NCBI GenBank assembly: GCA_964606655.1
Contig: CAZSHF010000005.1
Coordinates: forward strand, 4,888-68,887
Reading direction: 5' to 3'
Length of the DNA stretch: 64,000 nt
Source: an uncultured Treponema sp.
GTDB lineage: Bacteria > Spirochaetota > Spirochaetia > Treponematales > Treponemataceae
Under the pieces are notes generated by a model. It did no database searches, was not told the DNA's origin, and was given only the letters and a program-made list of their open reading frames with translations. Position numbers and translations under genes: made by a program. Of this stretch, positions 9,087-18,410 are shown piece after piece (the first letter of the stretch is position 1; each line of letters starts with the position of its first letter).

Positions 9087-11024
9087 ATGGACTTAGCAGA
9101 AATCGACGAGAACGGAAAAGGGCTTTTATTCTTCGGAAAGACAAAAGTCGAACGGTGCGAAATCGTTCCCGGACAGCCGAATGTATATCTTCTTCAGACA
9201 ACTGAAATCACGGAACGGAACACGCAAATCGGGCCGAAGCCGGGGCAGTTTTATCTTATAAAAAGCGTGCTTTCCGGCGTGACTTACAACCGTCCGATAA
9301 GCGTCTACCGCTGCGAGGAAAAAAACGGAATCGGCGGAAAAAAAGAGTTCACGATTCAGTTTCTGATTCTTGAAAAAGGACGCGGGACCCAGGAGCTTTG
9401 CCATCTGAAAGTCGGCGACGAGATTTCCATAATCGGGCCTTTGGGAAATGTCTGGCCGGAGCCTGAAAGCGGACTTCTTTCTTCGGACAAAAATCCGAAC
9501 CCGAAAATCTGCATAGTCGGAGGCGGAATCGGTGTCGCTCCTGTCGCTAACCTAGCCTCTTCGCTTCCTGCAAAATCATACGACTTTTACGCATCGTTCA
9601 AGTCAGGCTCTTACGGACTTGAAAACATAAACGCGGAAAACCTGATAATCACGACCGACGACGGTTCAGTCGGAATACACGGAATGCTTCCCGCCGCGCT
9701 TTCAAAAGAGGCGGTTTTAAAAGCGGGCTACAAAGTGATTTACGCCTGCGGACCTACGCCGATGCTGAACTACGTGAAAAACCTTTCAGACGAACTCGGA
9801 ATAAAATGCTGGATAAGCATGGAGCACAGAATGCTCTGCGGACTTGGCGCGTGCCTCGGCTGCACCCTTGAAACCACAGAAGGACTAAAACGATGCTGCA
9901 AGGACGGCCCTGTTTTCGACGCGAAAATAGTCCAGTTTGAAAAGCCTTCTCCTCGCCGCACTCCTCTTCCAAAAGACATGGAGCCGGACCTGAGCGTGAA
10001 AATCGCGGGCGTCAGGTTCAAGAATCCTGTCATCGCAAGCGGCGGAACATTCGCGTTCGGACAGAATTTCAGGGGCGTTTCAGATGTATCGTACTGGGGC
10101 GGAATTGTGTCAAAGGGCGTGACATTCGAGCCGCGCGAAGGAAACCACGGAGAACGGAGCTTTGAAGTTCCGGGCGGAAACATGAACTCAATCGGGCTGA
10201 ACAATCCGGGAATTCCGTATTTTGCAAAAGAGCTTCTTCCAAAAATGATTGGATTAGGTCCTGTCGTAATCGCGAACCTTGCCGGAAGCGACATTGAATC
10301 CTATGTCGAAGGCGCGATAATCCTTGACAAGACAGACTGCGACATAATCGAGCTGAACATTTCCTGCCCGAACATAAAAGCCGCAGGACTTGCCTGGGGA
10401 ATGAGCGCGGAGACAGCATATTACTGCGTTTCGGCTGTCAGGCTTGCGACAACAAAACCGCTTATGGTAAAACTTTCGCCGAACGCGCCGGACAACAGGC
10501 CGATTGCGGTCGCCTGCATAAAAGCCGGAGCGGACGCGATAAGCCTTATAAACATGATTCACGGAGTCGCGATTGACATTGAAAAGGCAAAGCCGTTCTT
10601 CAACAATATCCACGCAGGATATTCAGGCCCGGGAATCAAGCCTATCGCGCTCAGGAATGTCTACGATGTCGCGGCCGAAATAAACAAACTCCCTGAAGAG
10701 CAGAGAGTTCCGATTATCGGAATCGGCGGAATCACAACATGGCAGGACGCTGCGGAATTCATTATGGCAGGAGCAAGCGCGGTCGAAATCGGACAGGCGA
10801 AATTCACAAATCCAGATGTCGCTCTGGATGTCGTGAACGGACTTAAAAATTTTATGAAAACACACGGCTACAAAAACATCGAGGAAATGCGCGGAATCGC
10901 CCAGGTCGAAAAGCCGACGCACAGAACAGACGAAAAAGGCTACTATCAGGATCTGAAAGATATGATTCTGAAAGACAAACCGATTATCGCAAACCTGCAC
11001 AGACGCAAGACGGACAGGAAATAG
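9087..11024 (+). CDS. pyrD: Fused dihydroorotate dehydrogenase electron-transfer subunit (PyrK) and catalytic subunit B (PyrD)
   Basis: RPISV, GGGIGVAP, CGP, M.CG.GAC.GC..CCKDGPVF (PyrK); NPVIASGGT, ELNISCPN, KLSPN, SGPGIKPIAL, IIGIGGI (PyrD). Confidence 0.93.
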   Translation: MDLAEIDENGKGLLFFGKTKVERCEIVPGQPNVYLLQTTEITERNTQIGPKPGQFYLIKSVLSGVTYNRPISVYRCEEKNGIGGKKEFTIQFLILEKGRGTQELCHLKVGDEISIIGPLGNVWPEPESGLLSSDKNPNPKICIVGGGIGVAPVANLASSLPAKSYDFYASFKSGSYGLENINAENLIITTDDGSVGIHGMLPAALSKEAVLKAGYKVIYACGPTPMLNYVKNLSDELGIKCWISMEHRMLCGLGACLGCTLETTEGLKRCCKDGPVFDAKIVQFEKPSPRRTPLPKDMEPDLSVKIAGVRFKNPVIASGGTFAFGQNFRGVSDVSYWGGIVSKGVTFEPREGNHGERSFEVPGGNMNSIGLNNPGIPYFAKELLPKMIGLGPVVIANLAGSDIESYVEGAIILDKTDCDIIELNISCPNIKAAGLAWGMSAETAYYCVSAVRLATTKPLMVKLSPNAPDNRPIAVACIKAGADAISLINMIHGVAIDIEKAKPFFNNIHAGYSGPGIKPIALRNVYDVAAEINKLPEEQRVPIIGIGGITTWQDAAEFIMAGASAVEIGQAKFTNPDVALDVVNGLKNFMKTHGYKNIEEMRGIAQVEKPTHRTDEKGYYQDLKDMILKDKPIIANLHRRKTDRK

Positions 11025-11066
11025 TTTTTTCTTGCAAAAGCCTCCGAACAGAACTATACTTTTCAA

Positions 11067-11120
11067 AGCCCTTAAATTGCCTTTCAACTTTTGCTTTTCA
11101 ACATTAAGGGCTTATTTTTT
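11067..11120 (+). terminator. Probable terminator after pyrKD
   Basis: AAGCCCTTAA...TTAAGGGCTT inverted repeat followed by a T run. Confidence 0.5.
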
Positions 11121-11143
11121 TGCGGCAGCATTGCGGTGACTTT

Positions 11144-13177
11144 ATGAAAAAACTTTCTAACCTAAGCCTTGCCTTTATTCCGGCGACTTTTATCTGCGGA
11201 CTTATAGGCGCGTTGATTCTGCGCTGGCATCAGCTGGCTCTTCTTTATCGCTCGATGGATAAATATTTTGCCGGAATCGGGACGACTTTGGGCGCGGTCG
11301 CCTTGCTTGTCGGAATTGTCGCGGTTTATATCGCCCGCGTCTTGAAGCCGATGAAAACTCTTGCCGAAAAAATCCAGAGCGGAGAAAAAGCGGACGAAGA
11401 CGACAGGAATCTTGCCACAAAAACCTACAGAAAAATCCGGCTTATTGTGATGGCGGAAAATATCGTCGGATTCATAATCGGGCAGATTTCGGTTTCGGTT
11501 ATAGATTTCATCACAGGAAATTATCCGTACATTCCGTCGCGATTTGCAATCATCGTGGTTCAGGCGGTCTGCTTTGGAATAATCGTGTCGCTCTACGAGA
11601 TTTATTATTTTGACCTTCTTTTTCTTCCTTACAGAGAAAGCCTTCAGATCCACAGCCTGAACCCGGAAAATCAGGCTTCGGAAAATCATTCAAATCATCC
11701 GAAAAAGAACGGAAGAAAACATTACATTTCGGACAAAATTCTTACAGTCGGAGCGATAACTCTGATTCTTGCCGCGACAAACGCGTTCTCCACAAGTTAC
11801 GGACTTATTCTGGACGAAAAACTTGATCCGGCTTCAGCTGATTCAGTTTCCGCTGAATCGCATTCGCTTTCACCTGAATCAATCTCATCCGGTTCAGATT
11901 CCGCAGAATCAGTTAAAAAGTCAAATCATATGGACGAATACATAAAAAACGGGCTGATTTGCATCGCCTTGAATTTCGCGACAGGATTCGGGCTTCTTCT
12001 GATTGTCTGCCTTGAGATGAAAAGCCGGATTTTCAAAGTGACAAAAATTGTCGCCGAGCTTGAACAGTCCGGCGACCTTTCAAAACGCATAAACATCAGC
12101 ATCGACGACGACATAGGAATTCTTACAGGCGCGCAGAACGCTCTTATGGAAAAACTGACCGAAACAATCGTGAGCCTTAAACACGAAACCGAAAACGTTT
12201 CTTCCGCGGCGAAGGTTCTCGGCTCGGCTTCGGAAAAATCCCTGGACGCGCTTGATTCAATGAAGATTTCGGTGGAAGAAATCAGAGAAGCGGACAAAAA
12301 GACCGCGGAAATCATAAATTCCACTTACGCGGATATTGAAAGCCTTAAAGACAGCGCGGAGCAAGTCGAGCAGCAGATTCTGAACCAGAACCAGGCAGTT
12401 GAACGCGCTTCCGCTTCAATTGAAGAGATGACAGGAAACATCGCCTCGATTTCTGAAACGACAAAAAAAGCGGACGGAATTTCTGAAGACTTGAGAAAGA
12501 CAACTGAAAAAGGCGTGAAAGCGATTTTCAGCGCGGAAGAAGCGATTTCCCTTATCGAAGAGTCGAGCATTGAAGTTTCAAAAGCGGTCGAAAAAATCAA
12601 AGAGATTTCAAGCAAGACAAACCTTCTTGCGATGAACGCGTCAATTGAGGCGGCGCACGCAGGCGAAGCGGGAAAAGGATTTGCAGTTGTAGCGGCGGAA
12701 GTCCGCGCTCTTTCAAACACAAGCGCCGCGAACGTGAAGACAGTTTTTGAGAACATCAGCGAAATGGGCGAAAAAATCAAGAACGGCGTTCAAGCGATGA
12801 AAGAGGCAAAAACCGCTTTCACATCGATTGATTCGGGCGTTGTGCAGACAGCAGACATTGTCCGCCAGATCGCGCAGTCCGTGGAAGAACAGAGAATCGG
12901 AACAAACGAAACGCTTTCGGCGACTCAGCAGGTTGTGGAATCAATCGCCTCGCTCAAAGAACTTGCGGTCTCGCAAAGAAAGCACACGGACAACGTGTTT
13001 GAAAACACAAAAAATATCGTCGCCTCGTCCAACGCGATAACAAAATCGCTTTCGCAGACAAGCGACGCGGCAGTGAATTTAAGCGCGGTTCTGAACGATG
13101 TGAACACCTGCGCCGAAGAAAACAAGACTTCCGTCCAGAAAATGAAATCCAGAATCGACGGCTTCAGAACGGAATAA
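11144..13177 (+). CDS. Methyl-accepting chemotaxis protein
   Basis: Multiple TM helices, HAMP, ISSKTNLLAMNASIEAAHAGEAGKGFAVVAAEVRAL signalling hairpin. Confidence 0.95.
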   Translation: MKKLSNLSLAFIPATFICGLIGALILRWHQLALLYRSMDKYFAGIGTTLGAVALLVGIVAVYIARVLKPMKTLAEKIQSGEKADEDDRNLATKTYRKIRLIVMAENIVGFIIGQISVSVIDFITGNYPYIPSRFAIIVVQAVCFGIIVSLYEIYYFDLLFLPYRESLQIHSLNPENQASENHSNHPKKNGRKHYISDKILTVGAITLILAATNAFSTSYGLILDEKLDPASADSVSAESHSLSPESISSGSDSAESVKKSNHMDEYIKNGLICIALNFATGFGLLLIVCLEMKSRIFKVTKIVAELEQSGDLSKRINISIDDDIGILTGAQNALMEKLTETIVSLKHETENVSSAAKVLGSASEKSLDALDSMKISVEEIREADKKTAEIINSTYADIESLKDSAEQVEQQILNQNQAVERASASIEEMTGNIASISETTKKADGISEDLRKTTEKGVKAIFSAEEAISLIEESSIEVSKAVEKIKEISSKTNLLAMNASIEAAHAGEAGKGFAVVAAEVRALSNTSAANVKTVFENISEMGEKIKNGVQAMKEAKTAFTSIDSGVVQTADIVRQIAQSVEEQRIGTNETLSATQQVVESIASLKELAVSQRKHTDNVFENTKNIVASSNAITKSLSQTSDAAVNLSAVLNDVNTCAEENKTSVQKMKSRIDGFRTE

Positions 13178-13203
13178 GTTTTAAGCTTTCATCATTCAGT
13201 GCA

Positions 13204-13260
13204 AAAAAATCCGTTTCCTGAAATTTATAAAATAAAATTTTCAAGACGCGGATTTTTTTT
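13204..13260. terminator. Bidirectional terminator between convergent genes
   Basis: AAAAAAATCCG...CGGATTTTTTTT. Confidence 0.6.
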
Positions 13261-13268
13261 CTGAGTTT

Positions 13269-14333
13269 CTACTTTATCCTGTTTTCCAAATCTTCAAGCA
13301 TTATGTCAAAGGCTGTAATTCCGCCTTCCGCTGTGTACCAGACTTCAGGATGCTCCAGAATCACAAGATTTCCGTTTCTTGCGGCGGAAGTTGAATTGAC
13401 AAGCTCGTTGTCAAGGATTTCGGAAGCGAGTTTTGCTCCTTTTGCTCCGATTGCGCTGTCACGGTCAAGGACAAAAATGTAGTCGGGATTCGCTTTCACG
13501 ACAAACTCGAACGAAACCTCGTTTCCGTGCATTGCGGCGGTCGCGTTTCTTGCTCCGCGGGAGGCTGAGCGCGAATTTTCTGCCGCAAAATCTATTCCGA
13601 TGTTCTTGAATCCGATTTCGTTTCCGATTATCGAACATCTGGATTTGTCGCCAAGGACAGAAAATCCGCCGTTCGTGCACAGTCCGACAATCGCGGTTTT
13701 TCCTTCCGCCTTTTTCTTTAATCCAGAAATCCTTGACGCAAAATCTTCCGTAAGGCTTGAAACCTCGTCTTCCTTTCCCCAGATTTTCGCGATTTCAAAA
13801 GCGTTTTCCTTCACGCCTTCGTAAAGTCCTTTTGAAGTCAAAGACGGAAAAAGAATCGTCGGAGCGATTTCCGAAAGGTCGCCGTAAATTGTCTGAAGCC
13901 TTGCGCCAGCGAAAATGATTTCAGGATCCACTGAAAGGATTTTTTCAAGGTCAACCTCTTTTACAGTTCCGCATTTTGCGATTTTCTCGTCGTCCGAATA
14001 TTTTTCAAGATAATCAATCCGGGTTGAAACAGAGCCGACAATTTTGTCGCCCAATGAAAGATTGTCAAGAATATCAAGGACCGCAAGGTCAAGGACAACC
14101 ACACGCGAGGCGTTTTTCGGAACAGAAACCAGAATCTCTTCGGAAGACTGGTTCACGCTTTTCACGCTGACAGTTCCGGAAGATTTTTCCGATTCCTGGG
14201 ACATTCCCGAAGAAGCCGAGACATTTTTTCCAGCCTTTTTGCAGCCGGAAAAACCGCAAAGCAAAGCGGACAATACAGCAAATCCAGCCAAACACTTGGC
14301 AAGACCACTGAAAGACACAAAAAATTTTTTCAT
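13269..14333 (-). CDS. Siderophore/iron ABC transporter substrate-binding lipoprotein
   Basis: Lipobox FSGC; RVVVLDL, EVDLEKI, HGNEVSFE, NPDYIFVLDR, WY..GG (FatB/YclQ-like). Confidence 0.92.
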   Translation of the reverse strand: MKKFFVSFSGLAKCLAGFAVLSALLCGFSGCKKAGKNVSASSGMSQESEKSSGTVSVKSVNQSSEEILVSVPKNASRVVVLDLAVLDILDNLSLGDKIVGSVSTRIDYLEKYSDDEKIAKCGTVKEVDLEKILSVDPEIIFAGARLQTIYGDLSEIAPTILFPSLTSKGLYEGVKENAFEIAKIWGKEDEVSSLTEDFASRISGLKKKAEGKTAIVGLCTNGGFSVLGDKSRCSIIGNEIGFKNIGIDFAAENSRSASRGARNATAAMHGNEVSFEFVVKANPDYIFVLDRDSAIGAKGAKLASEILDNELVNSTSAARNGNLVILEHPEVWYTAEGGITAFDIMLEDLENRIK

Positions 14334-14374
14334 ATAAAACTCCTAATAAAGCAATTTCCTCAATAAAAATCTAA

Positions 14375-14614
14375 TAGGTCAAATGTCGAGTTTTCTTCGC
14401 AAACAATAAAAAATGCACGTAGGCAAGGTTCCGATTTGAAAAACAATCTGCACAAGTGAGTAAGGAGAACTAAAAAGTTGCAAATATGCTTGCTTGGTGG
14501 GTTCGACTTGCTCAACCACTTCTTTTTTTGACGAACGCGGAAGCCGTTTTTCATAATCGGGTTCTTGCCGAGAGTGCATTTTTGCTAATACATTAAAACT
14601 CGACATTTGACCTA
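14375..14614 (-). mobile_element. ~240-bp rod-hairpin repeat (MITE/REPIN-like), copy 1
   Basis: Perfect 20-bp terminal IR TAGGTCAAATGTCGAGTTTT/AAAACTCGACATTTGACCTA; TAATA on both sides; reverse complement of copies 2-4. Confidence 0.85.
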
Positions 14615-15364
14615 ATAATAAATCGAAAGAGGTTTTCCCTTCACTTCGATTGTCTCAAAATTCACACGGTAGATTTCGGAAAGGTTTTCCTTGGTCATGA
14701 CTTCGTTCACAGTTCCGAAACTTTTTATCTTTCCGTTCTGAAGGGCAAGCACAAAATCAGAATATAACGCCGCGTAGTTTATCTCGTGCAGGACAAGCAC
14801 AACAGTTTTTCCAAGCTCGTCGCAAAGCCTGCGCGCCATTTTCATCATTGCCGAAGCGTGGTAAATATCAAGGCTGTTTGTCGGCTCGTCAAGAAGAACA
14901 TATTCTGTGTCCTGGGCGATGACCATCGCGATATAAGCGCGCTGCCTTTGTCCGCCCGAAAGCTCGTCTATGAATTTGTTCTCCATTTCGCCGAGCTCCA
15001 TGTATTCAATCGCTTTGTCCACCAGCTTTAAATCTTCCGAATCAAGATGGTTCTGCGAATAAGGAAAACGCCCGAACGAAACAAGCTCGCGGACTGTGAG
15101 CTTCATCTGGATATTGTTCGTCTGCGTAAGAATCGCAAGTCGCTTTGAAAGCTCTTTGCTTTTCCAGTCTTTGATGTCTTTTCCGTCAAGAACAATCTCG
15201 CCTGAATCGCGCGGAACAAGTCGGCTCATCATTCCCATCAGAGTTGATTTTCCGGCTCCGTTCGGCCCGATAAGCGAAAGAACTTTTTCCTTCGGAATCT
15301 GAAAACTTATGTCGTCCACAACAATACGTTCGCCGTATTTTTTAGAAAGATTTTTTACCGTCAT
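14612..15364 (-). CDS. Iron-siderophore ABC transporter ATP-binding protein
   Basis: GPNGAGKST, LSGGQRQRA, LLDEPT. Confidence 0.95.
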   Translation of the reverse strand: MTVKNLSKKYGERIVVDDISFQIPKEKVLSLIGPNGAGKSTLMGMMSRLVPRDSGEIVLDGKDIKDWKSKELSKRLAILTQTNNIQMKLTVRELVSFGRFPYSQNHLDSEDLKLVDKAIEYMELGEMENKFIDELSGGQRQRAYIAMVIAQDTEYVLLDEPTNSLDIYHASAMMKMARRLCDELGKTVVLVLHEINYAALYSDFVLALQNGKIKSFGTVNEVMTKENLSEIYRVNFETIEVKGKPLSIYY

Positions 15365-15381
15365 TTTGTGTCCCTGAATGT

Positions 15382-15399
15382 AGTTAGCATATTCTAACT
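15382..15399. promoter_or_regulatory. Putative iron-responsive operator
   Basis: AGTTAG-CATATT-CTAACT palindrome just upstream of the ATPase gene; shares AGTTAGCATA with the box at 20526. Confidence 0.6.
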
Positions 15400-15549
15400 T
15401 ATTAAGCGCTTTTTTTCATCAAAATCCAAAATATAACATAGATTTTTTCAGGAGACTTGTTTTATGCGGATTTTTGCGTAAATGCAAACAACTTTTTTGT
15501 CAGTCTCACGGAAATCAGTTTTTATAAAACTTGACATTTAAGCTAAAAA

Positions 15550-16875
15550 TCATTCTTCATCAAAAATTTTCTCGATTGTTTTTCCCATTCTCTCAACAAG
15601 TGGAACGACAAGCGCGTTTCCCATACAGAAATAGCGGAACTTTTCAGGCATTCCAGTCGCAGTCCAATCATCTGGGAATCCCTGCATCCGCTCTGTTTCC
15701 TTCGGTGTGAGAATTCTGATTTTCTTGTTCGTAAAATCCCTAACAATGTGCGTGCTGCGGTTGAAGCTTCCCTCGCTTGTGAGCATTGTCCGCGCTGGCT
15801 TGTTCCATTCATCAATCATCGGAATCGCGCCTTCAGAATAAACATATTTGTGTCCGTTCGCCGCCGTGCGGTATTTCCGTTTTGCGCCTTTTATGTACTG
15901 CCATGTGTGTCGGCTTTCTGAAGGAAGCTCTTTTTCAGTTTCATCGCTGTGCGTGGATTCAGGATTTGTGAAATACAACTTTTCGTTTGGAATGAAATAT
16001 TTTTCATCAACATTTTGATTTTCGATTATCTCGCCTAAAGTTCTAGGTTCGTGTTTTACAGGCTCGGTTTTTGCGGTATAAATCGAATTGCTAAACATAA
16101 GACCAGAATTGAGGAAATCAAAATGAAATGAATCAGAAACTTCCGCAATGTCGTTTGAAATACCAATTGAAGAAATTTGCAAAGGATTAGTTTTCTGAAT
16201 CGGAAAAGTTCTTGCAAAAAATCCTTTTTCTCCGATTATTTGTAAAACCGAATTTGCGTTTTTTTTAAGTTCTAATGATTTTGCAAAATTAGTGTCAGAT
16301 TTGTATGCAAAGATAAAAGTCCTTCTTCTTCGCTGGACTTCGCCGTATTCCGCCGCGTTCACAATCCGCCATTCAACAACATAATTTTCATTGCTGAAGC
16401 ACGAAAGAATGATTCCAAAATCACGTCCGCGCTGTTTTGAAGGAGAAAGCAGAAGCCTGTCAACATTTTCAAGAAGAACAAACGGCGGCTTCTTCGCTTT
16501 TAGAATATCAAGAATTGACCACCAGAGAACGCCCTTCTTGCCTTCAATCCCTTTTTCTCCGTTCAAGCTTCGCGCGACTGAATAATCCTGGCAGGGAAAG
16601 CCTCCGACCAGAAGATTGTGGTCTGGAATTGTGTTCTTATCAACTGAGGAAATGTCGATGTTTGTCGTGTCGTTGCCGTCTAAATCAAGAACAGTTCCGA
16701 AATGCTTTTTGTAGCAGTCGTAAGCCCACTGGCTTTTCTTTCCAGGCTCCCACTGATTGAACCAGACTGTTTTCCACTTTTCATCTTCTTTTGAAAAATT
16801 CACAGATTTTATTGAGTTCAAGCCGCATCTGAATCCACCGACTCCGGCAAAAAGTTCACAGACAGTTTTTTGCAT
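15550..16875 (-). CDS. dcm: DNA (cytosine-5) methyltransferase, M.Sau3AI-like
   Basis: ELFAGVGG, GGFPCQDYS, LLENVDRLL, QRRRR, ERMQGFPDDWT, MGNA; start may be 16887. Confidence 0.93.
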   Translation of the reverse strand: MQKTVCELFAGVGGFRCGLNSIKSVNFSKEDEKWKTVWFNQWEPGKKSQWAYDCYKKHFGTVLDLDGNDTTNIDISSVDKNTIPDHNLLVGGFPCQDYSVARSLNGEKGIEGKKGVLWWSILDILKAKKPPFVLLENVDRLLLSPSKQRGRDFGIILSCFSNENYVVEWRIVNAAEYGEVQRRRRTFIFAYKSDTNFAKSLELKKNANSVLQIIGEKGFFARTFPIQKTNPLQISSIGISNDIAEVSDSFHFDFLNSGLMFSNSIYTAKTEPVKHEPRTLGEIIENQNVDEKYFIPNEKLYFTNPESTHSDETEKELPSESRHTWQYIKGAKRKYRTAANGHKYVYSEGAIPMIDEWNKPARTMLTSEGSFNRSTHIVRDFTNKKIRILTPKETERMQGFPDDWTATGMPEKFRYFCMGNALVVPLVERMGKTIEKIFDEE

Positions 16876-16892
16876 AATTTCCTTCATCCGAA

Positions 16893-16921
16893 AATATAAC
16901 AGAAATTGAAAAATCGATCAA
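16893..16921 (-). promoter_or_regulatory. Predicted MTase promoter whose -35 box contains GATC
   Basis: Minus strand TTGATC-17 nt-TATATT with TGn extended -10. Confidence 0.6.
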
Positions 16922-16929
16922 CAACTGAC

Positions 16930-18369
16930 CTAAAGATAATCTTTTGACGACAGAAGATTTGCAATGTAACTTCCTTTTATCCAGACATACTGGCGGTACA
17001 TTGCAATTCCATTTACGCTTTCAGGTTTCCTTGTTGAATCGGAACTGTCGCCGCGGACAAAAACCACACTTTCAGATGATTTCGGAAAATTCGGCGCGGA
17101 CTGGATGATTCCGGTCTTGTTGATTTTTGGATTTCCGTTTGAATCAAGAACCAGAACATTTTTCAGTTCCTTGTAGATTACAAGTTCCCGGATTTTTTCC
17201 CAAGCTGATTTCACATTCAATTCAATGAATTCATCGGAGAAAGAAAGCCTCTTGAATCCTTTAAAAGTGTTCTTGCCGAAATCTTTTGAGTCATGCTCCT
17301 CAAAAACAATACAAAGGAACTGGTTCTCTGAAAAATAGTCATAAAAAGCAGAATCTGAAAAGTTTTCGTCAACGTTTGAAATCTCATCAAAATTGATTCT
17401 AAAAAGTTTCATGTCTTCTGTTCTGTTTCCTTTTTCAGTGACAACAATTGTTTTCCCAATCAGACCGATTTTATTGAAAAGTTCAATATTATCCATTTTC
17501 TTCGATTTGCCGCCGAACATACGGACAACAATTCTTTCTCCGATTGCCTTGTCGATTCTGCCTTCAATTGAAAACTCTGACATAAGTTCTGCGACGGTTT
17601 TGTTTTTGTATTTTGAAGTGATTTCGCTGCATTTGCTGTCAATTTCGCTGTATGAATCATAACTTTTCGGCAGCTGTTCAAGAGAGCCGTTAAAATGTTT
17701 CTGAACGATATTGCTTACAACAGTTCTTTTCAGTCGGAAGCGAGGCGGATTCGGACATTTCGGCGCGGTGTCAATAAAAAGCAGCTTGTCGCGGAGATGC
17801 GAGATTTCAGGATAACGAGATTTGTCTTTCTGCAATGAACGGATAAAATCTCTGACAATCAGCCAGTCTTGTTTTAAAATCCGTCTGTCATCTTCGGAAA
17901 ATTCAAGAAACTGATAGCCTTTGATGATGAACTTTGCATATTCAGCAGCAAGAACAGTTTTGTCAGAACTGTAAAGATAATAGACAAAAAGAAGATGGGC
18001 AAGTTTCCGCCAGAAATGAGAATCCAAGAATTCTTCGTCGATTATTGTTTCCGGCGAAACAGCCGTGATAGACATTGGCTCTTTCGCTTCATATTCATTT
18101 TTGTTTTTCTTTGAAATCCTGATTCCTGTTGTCTTTAGCTCGGTCTTGACACCGTCAATGTCCAAATCAGGATTCTGGTCGCTGTTCGCATCATAACCGA
18201 ATACCGACTGCTCGATAACATCTCCTGCGATTCCTGTGATTTTTGGATTTGTCTTTGTCCTGTCAAAAACGTGGTTTTTATCAAGTTCACCGAGTGTTTT
18301 ATTAAGACATTGCTCTAAAAGTTCTTCAACTTGTCTCCGTGTGTATTCGTGAGTGGACTTTGATTTCAT
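16930..18369 (-). CDS. Sau3AI/MutH-family type II restriction endonuclease
   Basis: Probable start MKSKSTHEY at 18369; GIAGDVIEQ..NPDL..ELKTTG PD-(D/E)xK core, duplicated MutH-like halves; next to the C5 MTase. Confidence 0.88.
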   Translation of the reverse strand: MKSKSTHEYTRRQVEELLEQCLNKTLGELDKNHVFDRTKTNPKITGIAGDVIEQSVFGYDANSDQNPDLDIDGVKTELKTTGIRISKKNKNEYEAKEPMSITAVSPETIIDEEFLDSHFWRKLAHLLFVYYLYSSDKTVLAAEYAKFIIKGYQFLEFSEDDRRILKQDWLIVRDFIRSLQKDKSRYPEISHLRDKLLFIDTAPKCPNPPRFRLKRTVVSNIVQKHFNGSLEQLPKSYDSYSEIDSKCSEITSKYKNKTVAELMSEFSIEGRIDKAIGERIVVRMFGGKSKKMDNIELFNKIGLIGKTIVVTEKGNRTEDMKLFRINFDEISNVDENFSDSAFYDYFSENQFLCIVFEEHDSKDFGKNTFKGFKRLSFSDEFIELNVKSAWEKIRELVIYKELKNVLVLDSNGNPKINKTGIIQSAPNFPKSSESVVFVRGDSSDSTRKPESVNGIAMYRQYVWIKGSYIANLLSSKDYL

Positions 18370-18410
18370 GTTATTAATATACAGGAATTTGCGGCAGCTT
18401 GACATTCCCT

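Noticed and set aside
9126-13125. Numerous 60-175 aa antisense or alternate-frame ORFs here and throughout the track
   Set aside because: Shadow ORFs of well-supported genes, with no motifs or RBS
14379-14606. Small ORFs inside the hairpin repeat copies (also 24308, 54097, 54161)
   Set aside because: Frames differ between copies through indels and there is no RBS; treated as non-coding
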